64,000 nucleotides of DNA from a virus (taxonomy: Duplodnaviria; Caudoviricetes), in the IMG/VR virus record IMGVR_UViG_3300003320_000620, positions 24,095-88,094 of that record; one strand, 5' to 3'. Numbering within the stretch: position 1 is the stretch's first letter; each line of letters begins with the position of its first letter. The notes beneath the pieces are model-generated. The model made no database searches. It had not been told where the DNA came from and was given only the letters and a program-made list of their open reading frames with translations. The position numbers and the translations under genes were made by a program. This document shows, piece by piece, positions 16,157 through 25,740 of this stretch.

Positions 16157-18884
16157 ATGGCCATTGAACTTGACGAGCTGGCAGGCCCAGACGGTGGTGA
16201 AGAGAGCAGGAAGCTAGCCAAGCACTGGATAGAACAGTTGTCCATGATTAAGGACAATGGCGACAATAAACGTTGGGTTAAACGTGGTGAGGATATTGAA
16301 AAGCGTTATAGGGACGAACGCAGTCGCAGTGACGAGCAAGGTCAGCGCCGCTACAACGCCCTATGGTCCAATGTTCAGATCCTTAAGCCCGCCTTGTTTG
16401 GCAAGGTGCCAATCCCAATTTGTGAGCGGCGTTTCAAAGACAAAGACCCGGTTGGCCGGGGCGCTGCTCAAATGCTTGAGCGTGCTCTAAGGAATGAGAT
16501 AGAAGTTTGTGGCTTTGGGGACTCACTAAGCAGGGCCGTTGATGACTATCTTCTTCCTGGTCGTGGTGTGGTTTGGGTACGCTATGAGCCTGAATTTTCA
16601 GAAAGTATTTCACTTCCTGTTGAGCAGGAAACTGATATTGACGCCAAAATAGGCCAAAGAGCCGTTGGCAAAAATGATGACGATGAAGATCATGATGACG
16701 GTCCTGCATCTGAGGAAGGAAAGCAAGAAGATTACAATGAAGAGGGTGAGGCTCATGAGCCACATGAACAAGCTAATGAAGAAAAGCTTCAAAGTACAGG
16801 CGATAGAATTATCAGGGAATCTACCCCTGTAGATTACATTCCCTGGAAAGACTTCATAACCTTTCCGGCTCAAGCGCGAACATGGCCTGAAGTTACCGCT
16901 ATTGGCAAGCGCGTTTACATGTCGCGCAGCCAAATGAAGAAACGGTTTGGAAAGAGGATCGGCAGTGCTATTCCCTTACAGCGTGACGACCGTGGTCCTA
17001 AAACCCAAAACGCAAGCGTTGTCGTATCATCAGACCAAGACAAAGGTATCATCTACGAAATATGGTCGATTGACCACATGGCGGTTTTTTGGGTGGCTGA
17101 GGGCTATGATTATCTTTGTGATCGCAAAGACGACCCACTAGAATTGGAAAACTTTTGGCCAGTTCCACGACCACTCTTCGCTAATTCCACCAACAACACT
17201 TTGATACCAGTCCCTGACTATATTCAGTATCAGGATCAGGCAATTCAGATTGATGAATTAACGCAACGCATTGCTATGCTGGCAAAGGCTTGTAAGGTTG
17301 CTGGTGTCTATAATGCCGCAGCCAAAGAAATTAAGCGCGTCTTTAACGAATCCTTAGAGAACGAACTCATACCAGTTGACGATTGGGCTGCTTTTGCTCA
17401 AGAGGGTCAAGGTGTGGCTGGAAATATCAGCCTAATGCCCATCAAGGATATTATGGGTGTTCTAAATGAGCTTATTACAGTTAGGAAGTTGGCTATTGAA
17501 GATATGGATCGTCTTACTGGTATCAACGATATTATGCGTGGCACTAGTGACGCGCGTGAAACTTTGGGTGGGGTGCGACTTAAACAAAATTCAACAGGCA
17601 CTAGAATTACTGCACGACAAAATGAAGTAGCTAGGTTTGCTAGAGACATAGTTCGTATTATGGCGGACATCATGTGTCGTCATTTCAGTCCTCAATCGCT
17701 AATTGAGGCCTCAGGTGCCCTTTACGAAGAAGGGCTTGGGCCTGAAGATATGCCTGATTTGACAGAATTGCAGCCGCCAGAACAGCAGCAAATGCCGCCA
17801 CAGGGACAGAAACCGCTTGGTCTTCTGTCATCACAGGCTCAGCCAAATGTTTCCTCAGCCCCAGCCGGTTCCTAATCAGGGGCCAATGCCCCCTCAAATG
17901 CCGCCGTCTGGCCCTCCACAGGGGATGCAGCCGCCAATGGGCGGGCAGCAGCCTCTAAATGGCCAGATTTTGCCACCTCAGCAGCAGATGCCGCCTGAGA
18001 TTATGGCAAAAATGAAGGCCTTTGAGCGGATTGGCAACGCTATAGAACTACTTAGAGATGAAAAACTTCGCGGATTTCGCGTAGATATTGAAGTAGATTC
18101 TACAATTTTCCCAGATGCGGCCCAAGAGAAGGCAGATAGGACAGAATTTATCACTGCTACAACCAAATTTCTTGAGACTGCAATGCAGATGGGCTCAGTA
18201 ATGCCCGAATCTATCCCACTTTTGGGCAAAATGCTGCAATTTGGCGTTAGGGGCTACCGTGTAGGCCGTGATCTTGAGGCTTCAATTGAAGAATTCACTG
18301 ATGAAGCCATAAGAGCAGCCAAAAAGAAGCAAGAAAACGCTGCAACTGCCCAGAATCCGGACATGATTAAGGCTCAGGCCGATGCAAAGAAGGCCGAAAG
18401 CCAATCTCAGGTTGCTCAGATCAAGGCACAGGCCGATATTGAGAAGATTAAGGCTGATCGTGAGAACCAGCAGCAAGAATCGGCTGCTGAAGTTGAACGA
18501 CAACGCCTAGAAAATGAGGGTGAGAAGCAAAACGCCCAAATGGAATATATGTCTAAACAAATTGACATACAAATGAAAATGATGGAGAAGCAACTTCTTG
18601 AAATGAAGATGCAGATGGAAATGTTTAAGGCTCAGCATCAGACCAGACAGGGTCAACAGGAGATTGAGCAGCAAGACCGTGCTATGGCGCATGACGAACA
18701 AATGCAGCAGCAGCAAGCTGTGCAGCAGGAACGTCAATCTCAGCGTGACGCTCAAATGCAGGACCGACAGATGGCTATGCAGGAGCGTGATGCTATGTTC
18801 CAGGAGCGTCAGGCAAACCAAAAGATGCAGCAACAGGCTATGAAGCCCGTCCATTCCCCTAAACCAAACCCCATACAGCAGTAG
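16157..18884 (+). CDS. Portal protein, split into ORFs 16157-17875 and 17817-18884 by an apparent +1 frameshift
   Basis: Position after TerL and before scaffold; Pro/Gln-rich linker continues across the frames near 17845; second ORF carries the FRVDIEVDSTI core and a Q-rich coiled-coil tail. Confidence 0.8.
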
Positions 18885-18889
18885 CGTTC

Positions 18890-19201
18890 ATGTCAACTTA
18901 TGTCTTACGCAACGGTCGGCTTGTAAACAAAGAGCGAGCTCCACCTTTAATTGAAAGATTTGGCGACGCCCCTTATGTTGTCAGCGATTGCATGCCAGAA
19001 ACAAGGCATATGGTGGATGGAAATTACTACACATCAAAAGCCAAGTTCCGTGAGGTAACTAGGGCAAATGGATGTGAAGAAGTAGGAACAGAAACAGCCT
19101 ATATGCTGAAGCCACGGCAGAAAGTAAAGCTAGATCGTGGCAAAAGACGCGAAGACATAAAGAAAGCTATCTACACTCTCAGAAATGGTAAGCGGAGATA
19201 A
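18890..19201 (+). CDS. Hypothetical protein between portal and scaffold
   Basis: 103 aa; YTSKAKFRE...G.EEVG motif. Confidence 0.65.
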   Translation: MSTYVLRNGRLVNKERAPPLIERFGDAPYVVSDCMPETRHMVDGNYYTSKAKFREVTRANGCEEVGTETAYMLKPRQKVKLDRGKRREDIKKAIYTLRNGKRR

Positions 19202-19203
19202 GT

Positions 19204-20412
19204 ATGTTGTTTGTGGACAAGTATAAGCCGTATTTCAGCCCCGACATGGAGGTTGGAGCTGAGCAAGATGTAGGGTTGCCAGAAGGCGCTATTGCTGAAA
19301 ATATTCAGGAACAAGGCATTCCAGAACCTGCTGATGGCCCTGGCAGTGGTCGTAGCAAGCTTCGTAAGCAGCTAGAAACCAGCGTTGCTGAAGTAAACAA
19401 GCGAACTCAAGAGAAGCCTGCGAAATATGTAAGCCGAGCACGTCAGGAGGGGACAGCTGCGCCGGAGGCTGAGGAAGAGCCAGAAGCCGAACAGGAAGGT
19501 CAGGAGCAGGAAGCGAAACCTGCTACAAACCCACCCGAGGCATGGGCAAAAGAGGCAAAAGCTGAATGGGCAAAAGTCCCTACAAATGCCCAAGCAGCCA
19601 TTCTCAAGCGTGAAGAGGATGTGGCTAAGGGCGTGCACGCCCTTCAGTCGTATTACAGGGATCTGGAAGAAGTACTGTCACCCCGCTACGAACTTTTTAA
19701 GCAGTACAACAAGACGCCTGCGCAGGCTGTAAATCAGCTGTTTGGCTGGTTCGATGCCTTAGGCGGCAACCCAGACCAAGCCTTCCCTGCGTTGATGAGG
19801 ACGTTTAACTACGACCCAAGGCGTTTGATCCCATTTATCAACCAGCTGGGTGGACAGCAGCAACAGCAGCAGCCCGAAGGTGAGCAAGAAGTACCGCCTG
19901 CCTACCTACAATACATCAACCAGCTGGAACAGCGCGTTGCTGGCCTGACCGATGCTGTCTCAAAGAAAATAGGCGGCCTCGAAAATATGTTTGCTCAGCA
20001 GAATCAGGCCAGGGTTCAGGAGACTCTAGATGTGTGGTCAGCCAATAAGCCACACTTTGAAAAAGTTCGTGTTATGATGGGCCATCTGCTGGAGTCTGGT
20101 CAGGTGCCACCACTGCCAAATGGCGCTGCTGATCTAGACAAGGCATATGATATGGCTTTGTGGGCGCTTCCTGAAGTCAGACAGCAAGTAATGGCTGACA
20201 TAGAGGCTAAGCGTGCAGCCGAACTGAAGGCTAAGCAGGATGCTGAGCGTAAAGCACAGAAAGAAGCTGCTGACAAAGCCCGCCGCGCCTCCGGTGGCCT
20301 TGGTCCTAGCGCCCCAGGCTCCCCAGTTAATCCAAACCAGTCACGCAGGCCACAGCGAAAGAGCGTTCGCGAATCCTTAGCTGATGCCATCGCAGAGGTG
20401 CGCGGCGAATAA
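19204..20412 (+). CDS. Capsid scaffolding protein (putative)
   Basis: Acidic/helical 402 aa upstream of the capsid gene; PPEAW.KEAK.EW and C-terminal SVRESLADA motifs. Confidence 0.7.
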   Translation: MLFVDKYKPYFSPDMEVGAEQDVGLPEGAIAENIQEQGIPEPADGPGSGRSKLRKQLETSVAEVNKRTQEKPAKYVSRARQEGTAAPEAEEEPEAEQEGQEQEAKPATNPPEAWAKEAKAEWAKVPTNAQAAILKREEDVAKGVHALQSYYRDLEEVLSPRYELFKQYNKTPAQAVNQLFGWFDALGGNPDQAFPALMRTFNYDPRRLIPFINQLGGQQQQQQPEGEQEVPPAYLQYINQLEQRVAGLTDAVSKKIGGLENMFAQQNQARVQETLDVWSANKPHFEKVRVMMGHLLESGQVPPLPNGAADLDKAYDMALWALPEVRQQVMADIEAKRAAELKAKQDAERKAQKEAADKARRASGGLGPSAPGSPVNPNQSRRPQRKSVRESLADAIAEVRGE

Positions 20413-20776
20413 ATGAATGTCTTCAGGACAGCCATAAAACTTAAATGCAAAAGGGAACTGGCTCTAATGCTTGGGGCCTACAAGCCTCATCTTCTAGAGC
20501 CGCGTTCCTATTGCATTCACGTTAAGACTGAGCTAGACAGAATTAAAGGAACACTGATCTGGCCCATAGTCAGTGATGGAACAGTTTCAGTTACGTCCAA
20601 AGGAATAAAGATAACCTCATAGCAGTTCGTGAGGACCCTCACAGGGGTAAAGGAACTGCAGCGTGGCAATGTCACTTACGACGTGTCAGTAGCTGTGGCC
20701 AGAACAAGTGTGCCAAGCGAACCACACAAAGGGTGGTGCTACTCCAAACCGGGCTAGGAAACCGAAAGGAGTAACC

Positions 20777-23700
20777 ATGGCTTTTCCTAACCTATCAGAA
20801 ATCGTTACGACTACGCTGCGAAATCGCACAGGCGAGCTCGCAGATAATATGAGCCGTAACAACGCTGCGTTGCTTAGGCTTACTAAACGTGGTAGAAGTT
20901 GTACCTAAGGTTGCCACGTAACCCAGTGAATTCGGTGAAGGCTGAGATGCTAATACCGAGCCAAGATGCAAACGTATAGTGATTACAGTCACTAAAGGGT
21001 TGCATAAGGTGTAGAGACTAGGTAGCCCCGAAAGGGTGTTACCCACGAGCGCTGGGTGTTAGTATGGATGAAGTTCCTGGTATCTATGTTATAGAGTGTG
21101 TGCCAACAGGTAGAGTTTATGTTGGATCTTCAGTAAAGCCACTGGCTAGAATCAAGTCTCACAAAAACTTGCTTAGCAAAGGTACCCATCGTAATGTTCA
21201 TCTCCAAAGGGCTTGGGGTTTGCATGGCTCTAATTCCTTTACTTTCACGGTGGTACAACAGTGTGTTGCTGAAGAGCGCTTCAAAGTAGAACAGGAATGG
21301 ATAACGAAGCTTCAAGCTACTGGTAAAAATGGGTTTAATATAGCGTTCCCTGTTGAACAAGTTCTGCCAAGTGAAAGGATGTCACAGGTAAGCCGTACTT
21401 CCTGGAAGGACAAGAAAACCAGAAAGAATAGGCATGCAGGCATACTTACAAAATGGCAAGACGATGCCTTTAGGGAAAGAAAGCTGCGCGATGGCCTAAA
21501 GGCTAGAGAAGCTTTAGCTAAAAAGCGGTTAGACCCAGAATGGCGTGCTCGGATTAGTGAAAAGACAAGTAAAACTATGAAGGAGCGTGCCAAGACTGAA
21601 GAAGGATTAAAAGCTTTGCGTGTTGCAAGTAAGATTGCTCATATGCGCAGAGAAAATGATCCTGAATTCAAAGCAAAATGTGAAGCAGGCTTGAAGTATT
21701 CGAGTACTAACAAAGAGATAGTCCGACCAGCAGCAAATAAAGAAGCTGCTGAAGTGATGGATAAAGAGCCGTCACGGTAACAACTAAGAACCTAAAGACG
21801 TTCTCAGGTGGGCGTACGATTGTTCAAGAGCTTGTAATGGGCTCATAGTATAGTAAGAGCTTACGGCTTCAGGATACTATGATATGCTGGTGAATTCGGA
21901 GAAAACCCAATGCCCGGCCGAAAGGTGCGGAAGGGCAACCCCGAGCCAAGCAGGCAGTTTTATGCTGCCGGGCGTGTGTAACGATCATGAACCAGCCCCG
22001 GAAGGGAAGATATGATCTGTTCTGCATGGGAACATGCAGAGGCTGACAGAAATGATCAGCCCGGCTGTAAGGACAGTCAGTAACAACTAGAAATTATGCG
22101 AACAATCAAACCTTCCAATGGTATTCAGGATATCAATCCTTGAATATCAGCCCGTCGCAGGTCTTCTCTGCGGCTGAGTACCCGATCCGTCAAGCAGCGG
22201 TGGCTGTCTCTATCTCTGGCCTAGAGGAACTCCAGAACAGTGGAGAGGAAGCCATAATCGACTTGCTGGAGAGTCGGATAATGAATGCGGAAGACACCTT
22301 CGATTTGAGGGCCGCTGCGTAGTTAAAAGGACGCAGATGGAATGCTGGTGAATTCGGTGGAAACCCAATGCCCGGTCTAGAGTTGATGCGGAAGGGTAAT
22401 ACCGAGCCAAGCAAGGAACTTACAAGTTCCTGGGCGTGTGTAACGAGCATGGACCAGCCCCGGAAGGGAAGATGTGCTCTGATCTGCATGGGAACATGCA
22501 GAGGTTGGCAGAAATGACCAACCCCTTAAGTTGAAACTTAAGAGTAACAAATTGTCATGAACGGTCTTTCGCAAGGGGTGTACGGCGACGGTACTGTGGC
22601 CAACTCAGTCGGCGGCCTCCAGTTGCTTGTTTCCAGCTCCCCGACCTCAGGTGTTGTTGGCGGCATTGACCGCTCGCAGTGGTCTTTCTGGCAGAACCAA
22701 TCTTGGTCAGCCAGCACGAACGGCAGCACTACCCTCAGCTCGGCTACCATCATCCAAATGATGGATGCTCTGTGGGTTCAGCTGATCCGCGGCCGTGATT
22801 CGCCTGATCTGATCATCGCAGACAACGTCTGCTACCGCTACTACCTGAATGCCCTCCAGGCCATTCAGCGCGTTACCCAGACTTCTTCGGCTCCTGATAT
22901 GGCTGAGGCTGGCTTCCAGAGCCTCAAGTATATTACGGCCGATGTGGTGCTGGATGGTGGCTTCCAGGGATTCAGCACTGATCCGCTGCCTTCCCAGGTT
23001 TCTACTAGCTCGTCTGCTGTTGGCGGTGCGCCAAGTTCGACGATGTATTTCCTTAACGAGTCGGTGACGATTCACTAACTCATGGGGCTGTTAATCAGTA
23101 AGCGGAGGGTATGATCGTTTCTTGAGAGCTTTACACTTCAAATAAAGCTCTTCTCGATAAGCAAGGATTAAATCTCGGTCCTTGCGGTTGCTACCATCAC
23201 CTCGACCTGGAAAGTTATAGGGGTGTTGGTCAATGTGGTCACGAAGGGCTAGAACTAAATCTACCTCTTCACGTTTTACGATCACATAGGGTTGTATGCG
23301 TCGAAGGAAAGGGGCAACGCCTTGGTTGTGAATGCCCCAACAAAACTGGATACGATTCTTAGGGTTTCGCAAGTCATGTCGGTTTTGGTTCAAATGACCG
23401 CCAAATTCATCATAAAGCATCTTTATGATGGGATAGTGTGTCATGCCAATTCCAACAGCGGGGTAATAGCCCACATGGCCTTTGCGAACCTTTTTGAAGA
23501 TTCGAGCAAAGCCTTCGCCGTCAAACAAGCCAGCAACGTAACGATCATCCAAGACTCAACTCCGTCAGGGGTTAACAGAATGGCAGCGAATTCGGAGAAA
23601 ACCCGATGCCCGGCTCTAAATGAGTGCGGAAGGGCGACCCCGAGCCAAGCAAGCAGAGACAAACTGCTGGGCGTGTGTAACGAACATGTGCTGTCCTCGG

Positions 23701-24461
23701 AAGAGAAGATATGTTCTGAACTCTACAGGAATGTAGAGAAGTTGGCAGAAATGACCAACTCGGCTAATGTACTTATCACTTATAAGTATGTCAAGTCGGT
23801 AACAGATTGCAATACGAAGTACATCCACTGGCGCCCTCATAGCCGCCGCAACATGGTCCCTCTTGATCCAGACCGCTTCTCGGTTAATAGTTGGCCGCAT
23901 GCAAAGGCGACTTTGCATTGAAAATTGGGTGAATTGCTGGAACACCCCACTGGGGCAATCAGCAGCCAAGCTGCTTAGGAATAAGCAGAAGGTTCAACGA
24001 CTAGGTAGAGTAATCCAGACCGGACGAAATACCCACGAGCGCCCAACACCTCTAGTAGGTGAAGATATAGTCTGAACTGTGCAGCAATGTGCAGAAGTGG
24101 CAAATAAAGAGTTGTCACGGTAACAAAAATGCAACCAAGACGCGATGGTAAGATTGATAGGATGGGCTGGGAATATGACCCTGAGCAATGCGTTAACTGA
24201 GAAGCGCCCTCAATATCTAAATTGAGGAAAACTGGGTGAAACGGAGAAAACCCTTATGGGGCAACTCCGTAGGAAGCTGGCAAGGGCATGGTTTGCCAGA
24301 ACCTCTAGAGACTAGGTCCTGAGTCCCAACAATAATGGACCCACGAGCGCCCGGCACCGAAAGGTGATGAAATAGTCCGATCTGTGTAGCAATACGCAGA
24401 AGTGCAGGATAAAGAGCTTGCACGGTAACAGAATGTTCTTCAGGGGATCTTAGTGTCGTAA
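20777..24461 (+). CDS. Major capsid protein, 7 exons, 343 aa after splicing
   Basis: Exons 20777-20893, 21789-21832, 22091-22299, 22555-23053, 23810-23884, 24132-24193, 24436-24461 sum to 1032 nt (344 codons), no internal stop; junctions read KRG|NLKTFSGGRTIVQEL|NYANN, EDTF|MNGLS, MYFL|NTKYIHW, FSV|NQDAM, SNAF|LQGILVS*. Confidence 0.93.
20894..21788 (+). mobile_element. Group I intron 1 (895 nt, has P7.1) with GIY-YIG ORF in L8
   Basis: P1 ACGTGGT/GCCACGT with U.G at the splice site; P3 ACCCAG/CTGGGT; P7 GACTA/TAGTC; P8 GTTAGTA/TACTAAC; P10 AGGTT/AACCT; terminal G. Confidence 0.92.
21064..21780 (+). CDS. Intron-encoded GIY-YIG homing endonuclease
   Basis: GIYVIEC...RVYVGSS, R..SH, HRN.HLQRAW..HG, EQEWI, GFN. 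Confidence 0.9.
   Translation: MDEVPGIYVIECVPTGRVYVGSSVKPLARIKSHKNLLSKGTHRNVHLQRAWGLHGSNSFTFTVVQQCVAEERFKVEQEWITKLQATGKNGFNIAFPVEQVLPSERMSQVSRTSWKDKKTRKNRHAGILTKWQDDAFRERKLRDGLKAREALAKKRLDPEWRARISEKTSKTMKERAKTEEGLKALRVASKIAHMRRENDPEFKAKCEAGLKYSSTNKEIVRPAANKEAAEVMDKEPSR
21833..22090 (+). mobile_element. Group I intron 2 (258 nt, ORF-less, no P7.1)
   Basis: P1 GAGCT/GGCTC; P3 GCTGGT/ACCAGC; P7 GATCAT/ATGATC; terminal G; restores frame. Confidence 0.9.
22300..22554 (+). mobile_element. Group I intron 3 (255 nt, ORF-less, no P7.1)
   Basis: P1 CCT|TC/GAGGG; P7 GAGCAT/GTGCTC (covaries with intron 2); core highly similar to intron 2; terminal G. Confidence 0.9.
23054..23809 (+). mobile_element. 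Group I intron 4 (756 nt) with antisense LAGLIDADG ORF
   Basis: Core GAATTCGGAGAAAACCC...CCGAGCCAAGC...GAAGATATGTTCTG like introns 2/3; stem CTGTTAA/TTAACAG encloses the ORF; exon ends in U, intron ends in G. Confidence 0.88.
23091..23552 (-). CDS. Single-motif LAGLIDADG homing endonuclease, antisense to its intron
   Basis: YVAGLFDGEG motif, GG.L, W.I.N, PFL..IQPY..VKRE; GGAG RBS 7 nt before the TTG start. Confidence 0.88.
   Translation of the reverse strand: MDDRYVAGLFDGEGFARIFKKVRKGHVGYYPAVGIGMTHYPIIKMLYDEFGGHLNQNRHDLRNPKNRIQFCWGIHNQGVAPFLRRIQPYVIVKREEVDLVLALRDHIDQHPYNFPGRGDGSNRKDRDLILAYREELYLKCKALKKRSYPPLTD
23885..24131 (+). mobile_element. Group I intron 5 (247 nt, ORF-less, has P7.1)
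   Basis: Textbook P AATTGCTGGAA, Q AATCAGCAG, R GTTCAACGACTA, S AAGATATAGTCT; P1 CGGT/GCCG; P10 GTTG/CAAC. Confidence 0.95.
24194..24435 (+). mobile_element. Group I intron 6 (242 nt, ORF-less, has P7.1)
   Basis: P1 GCGT/GCGC; P10 AGAA/TTCT; R CTAGAGACTA; S GAAATAGTCC; terminal G. Confidence 0.9.
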
Positions 24462-24477
24462 AGACACCAACAAATGT

Positions 24478-24534
24478 TTTTACTCCGTTAGTGAAGCCTA
24501 TTATGTATTGGGCCTAATCACTAACGGAGTAAAA
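24478..24534 (+). promoter_or_regulatory. 17-bp hairpin occluding the RBS of the downstream endonuclease
   Basis: TTTTACTCCGTTAGTGA (24478-94) / TCACTAACGGAGTAAAA (24518-34); GGAG lies in the stem, ATG at 24541. Confidence 0.8.
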
Positions 24535-24540
24535 CTTACA

Positions 24541-25626
24541 ATGGCTGGATCAGGCATTTATGCCATAGTTTGCATACCAACAAACCAGCGCTATGTTGGA
24601 TATGCTGTAAATTGGGAGAAACGAACGAAAAGTCACTTTTCAAAACTTGAGCGCGGTGTTCATAAAAACAAGAAACTTCAAGATGCTTGGTTTTTACATG
24701 GTGAAAATAATTTCAAGTTTGAGTTGTTGGAATTGTGCCCAATAAAGGATTTGGTGCATAGAGAGTATTGGTGGATTAAACATTTCAACTCCGTTGAAAA
24801 TGGTTTCAATAACTTACGATCTGGTTGCTTTTCTAATACTTCGCATGGAATGTCTGGCACGCCAACATTCAAATCTTGGGAATCAATGCTTCAGCGCTGC
24901 AATAATCCAAACTCACCAGATTATCCAAAATGGGGTGGTTGTGGTATTAAGGTTCATGAAAGCTGGTTTGAGTTTTCTAAATTTTATGCTGATATGGGTG
25001 AGAGACCGCCAGGAACCTCAATAGATAGGCATCCAAACAAGTTTGGAAATTATGAACCTGGGAATTGCCGTTGGGCAACTGGCTCAGAACAACAGAAAAA
25101 CAAAAGCAACACATTGTTTATAACGCATAATGGAATATGCAAACCCCTTGTTGAATGGGCTGACGAAAAGGGAATGCCTCGAGACCTTTTACGTAGGCGT
25201 TATCATGCAGGAATGCTTGGTGATGAACTTTTCGCTCCATCCTACAGCCGTTATAAAGGTGACGTTAACGGCGTTAAGAGAAAGAGGGTTGAGACTAGGC
25301 ATAACTTGCATAAATTTGAATATAAAGGAAAAATGCGTTCAATTACAGAAATAGCGGAGCTAGCAGGGATTAAGCGCTCGAGGTTGAAACAACGCTTGGT
25401 TAGAGACAAAATGAGCCTCGAGGTAGCGTTAAGTGAAAATGCTTTGCCTAGGGGGAAAGCCGGGCCTAGAAATGGTAGGGTTATGTTAACTGCCTTTGGC
25501 AAGACACAATCAATAAGTCGATGGGCTGAACAATACCACATGGCACTTTCAACCTTAAGGAATAGAATTTTTAGATCTGGCATGAAACTAGAGGATGCCT
25601 TAACACTGAACAAGTCCACATCGTGA
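24541..25626 (+). CDS. Free-standing homing endonuclease with GIY-YIG plus HNH-type domains and repeated helical DNA-binding modules
   Basis: GIYAIV...YVG...EYWWI...GFN; then W.SM.QRC.NP...GIKV...F.ADMGERP..SIDR...NY.PGNCRWAT; three x-G-x-x-x-(L/I)-x-(E/R)-(W/I)-A repeats. Confidence 0.85.
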   Translation: MAGSGIYAIVCIPTNQRYVGYAVNWEKRTKSHFSKLERGVHKNKKLQDAWFLHGENNFKFELLELCPIKDLVHREYWWIKHFNSVENGFNNLRSGCFSNTSHGMSGTPTFKSWESMLQRCNNPNSPDYPKWGGCGIKVHESWFEFSKFYADMGERPPGTSIDRHPNKFGNYEPGNCRWATGSEQQKNKSNTLFITHNGICKPLVEWADEKGMPRDLLRRRYHAGMLGDELFAPSYSRYKGDVNGVKRKRVETRHNLHKFEYKGKMRSITEIAELAGIKRSRLKQRLVRDKMSLEVALSENALPRGKAGPRNGRVMLTAFGKTQSISRWAEQYHMALSTLRNRIFRSGMKLEDALTLNKSTS

Positions 25627-25740
25627 CTTGACCACTTACATCTTTCTGCTAAATTCCACGTGCTCAAGCTTGGAAACCAATTCTTGCTGCGGCACCGTTG
25701 AACTGGCGTAAAAAATCGACATTCAATCAAAAGGTGCCAT

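Noticed and set aside
20413-20622. 69-aa ORF between scaffold and capsid as a functional gene
   Set aside because: It abuts the scaffold stop but has no recognisable motif; left unannotated
20708-23078. Capsid fragments read as a decayed pseudogene
   Set aside because: All breaks coincide with group I splice signals and splicing restores an exact reading frame
23292-23921. 209-aa plus-strand ORF
   Set aside because: It is the antisense of the LAGLIDADG gene plus the intron 4 core running into exon 5; only the NTKYIHW...FSV part is real capsid
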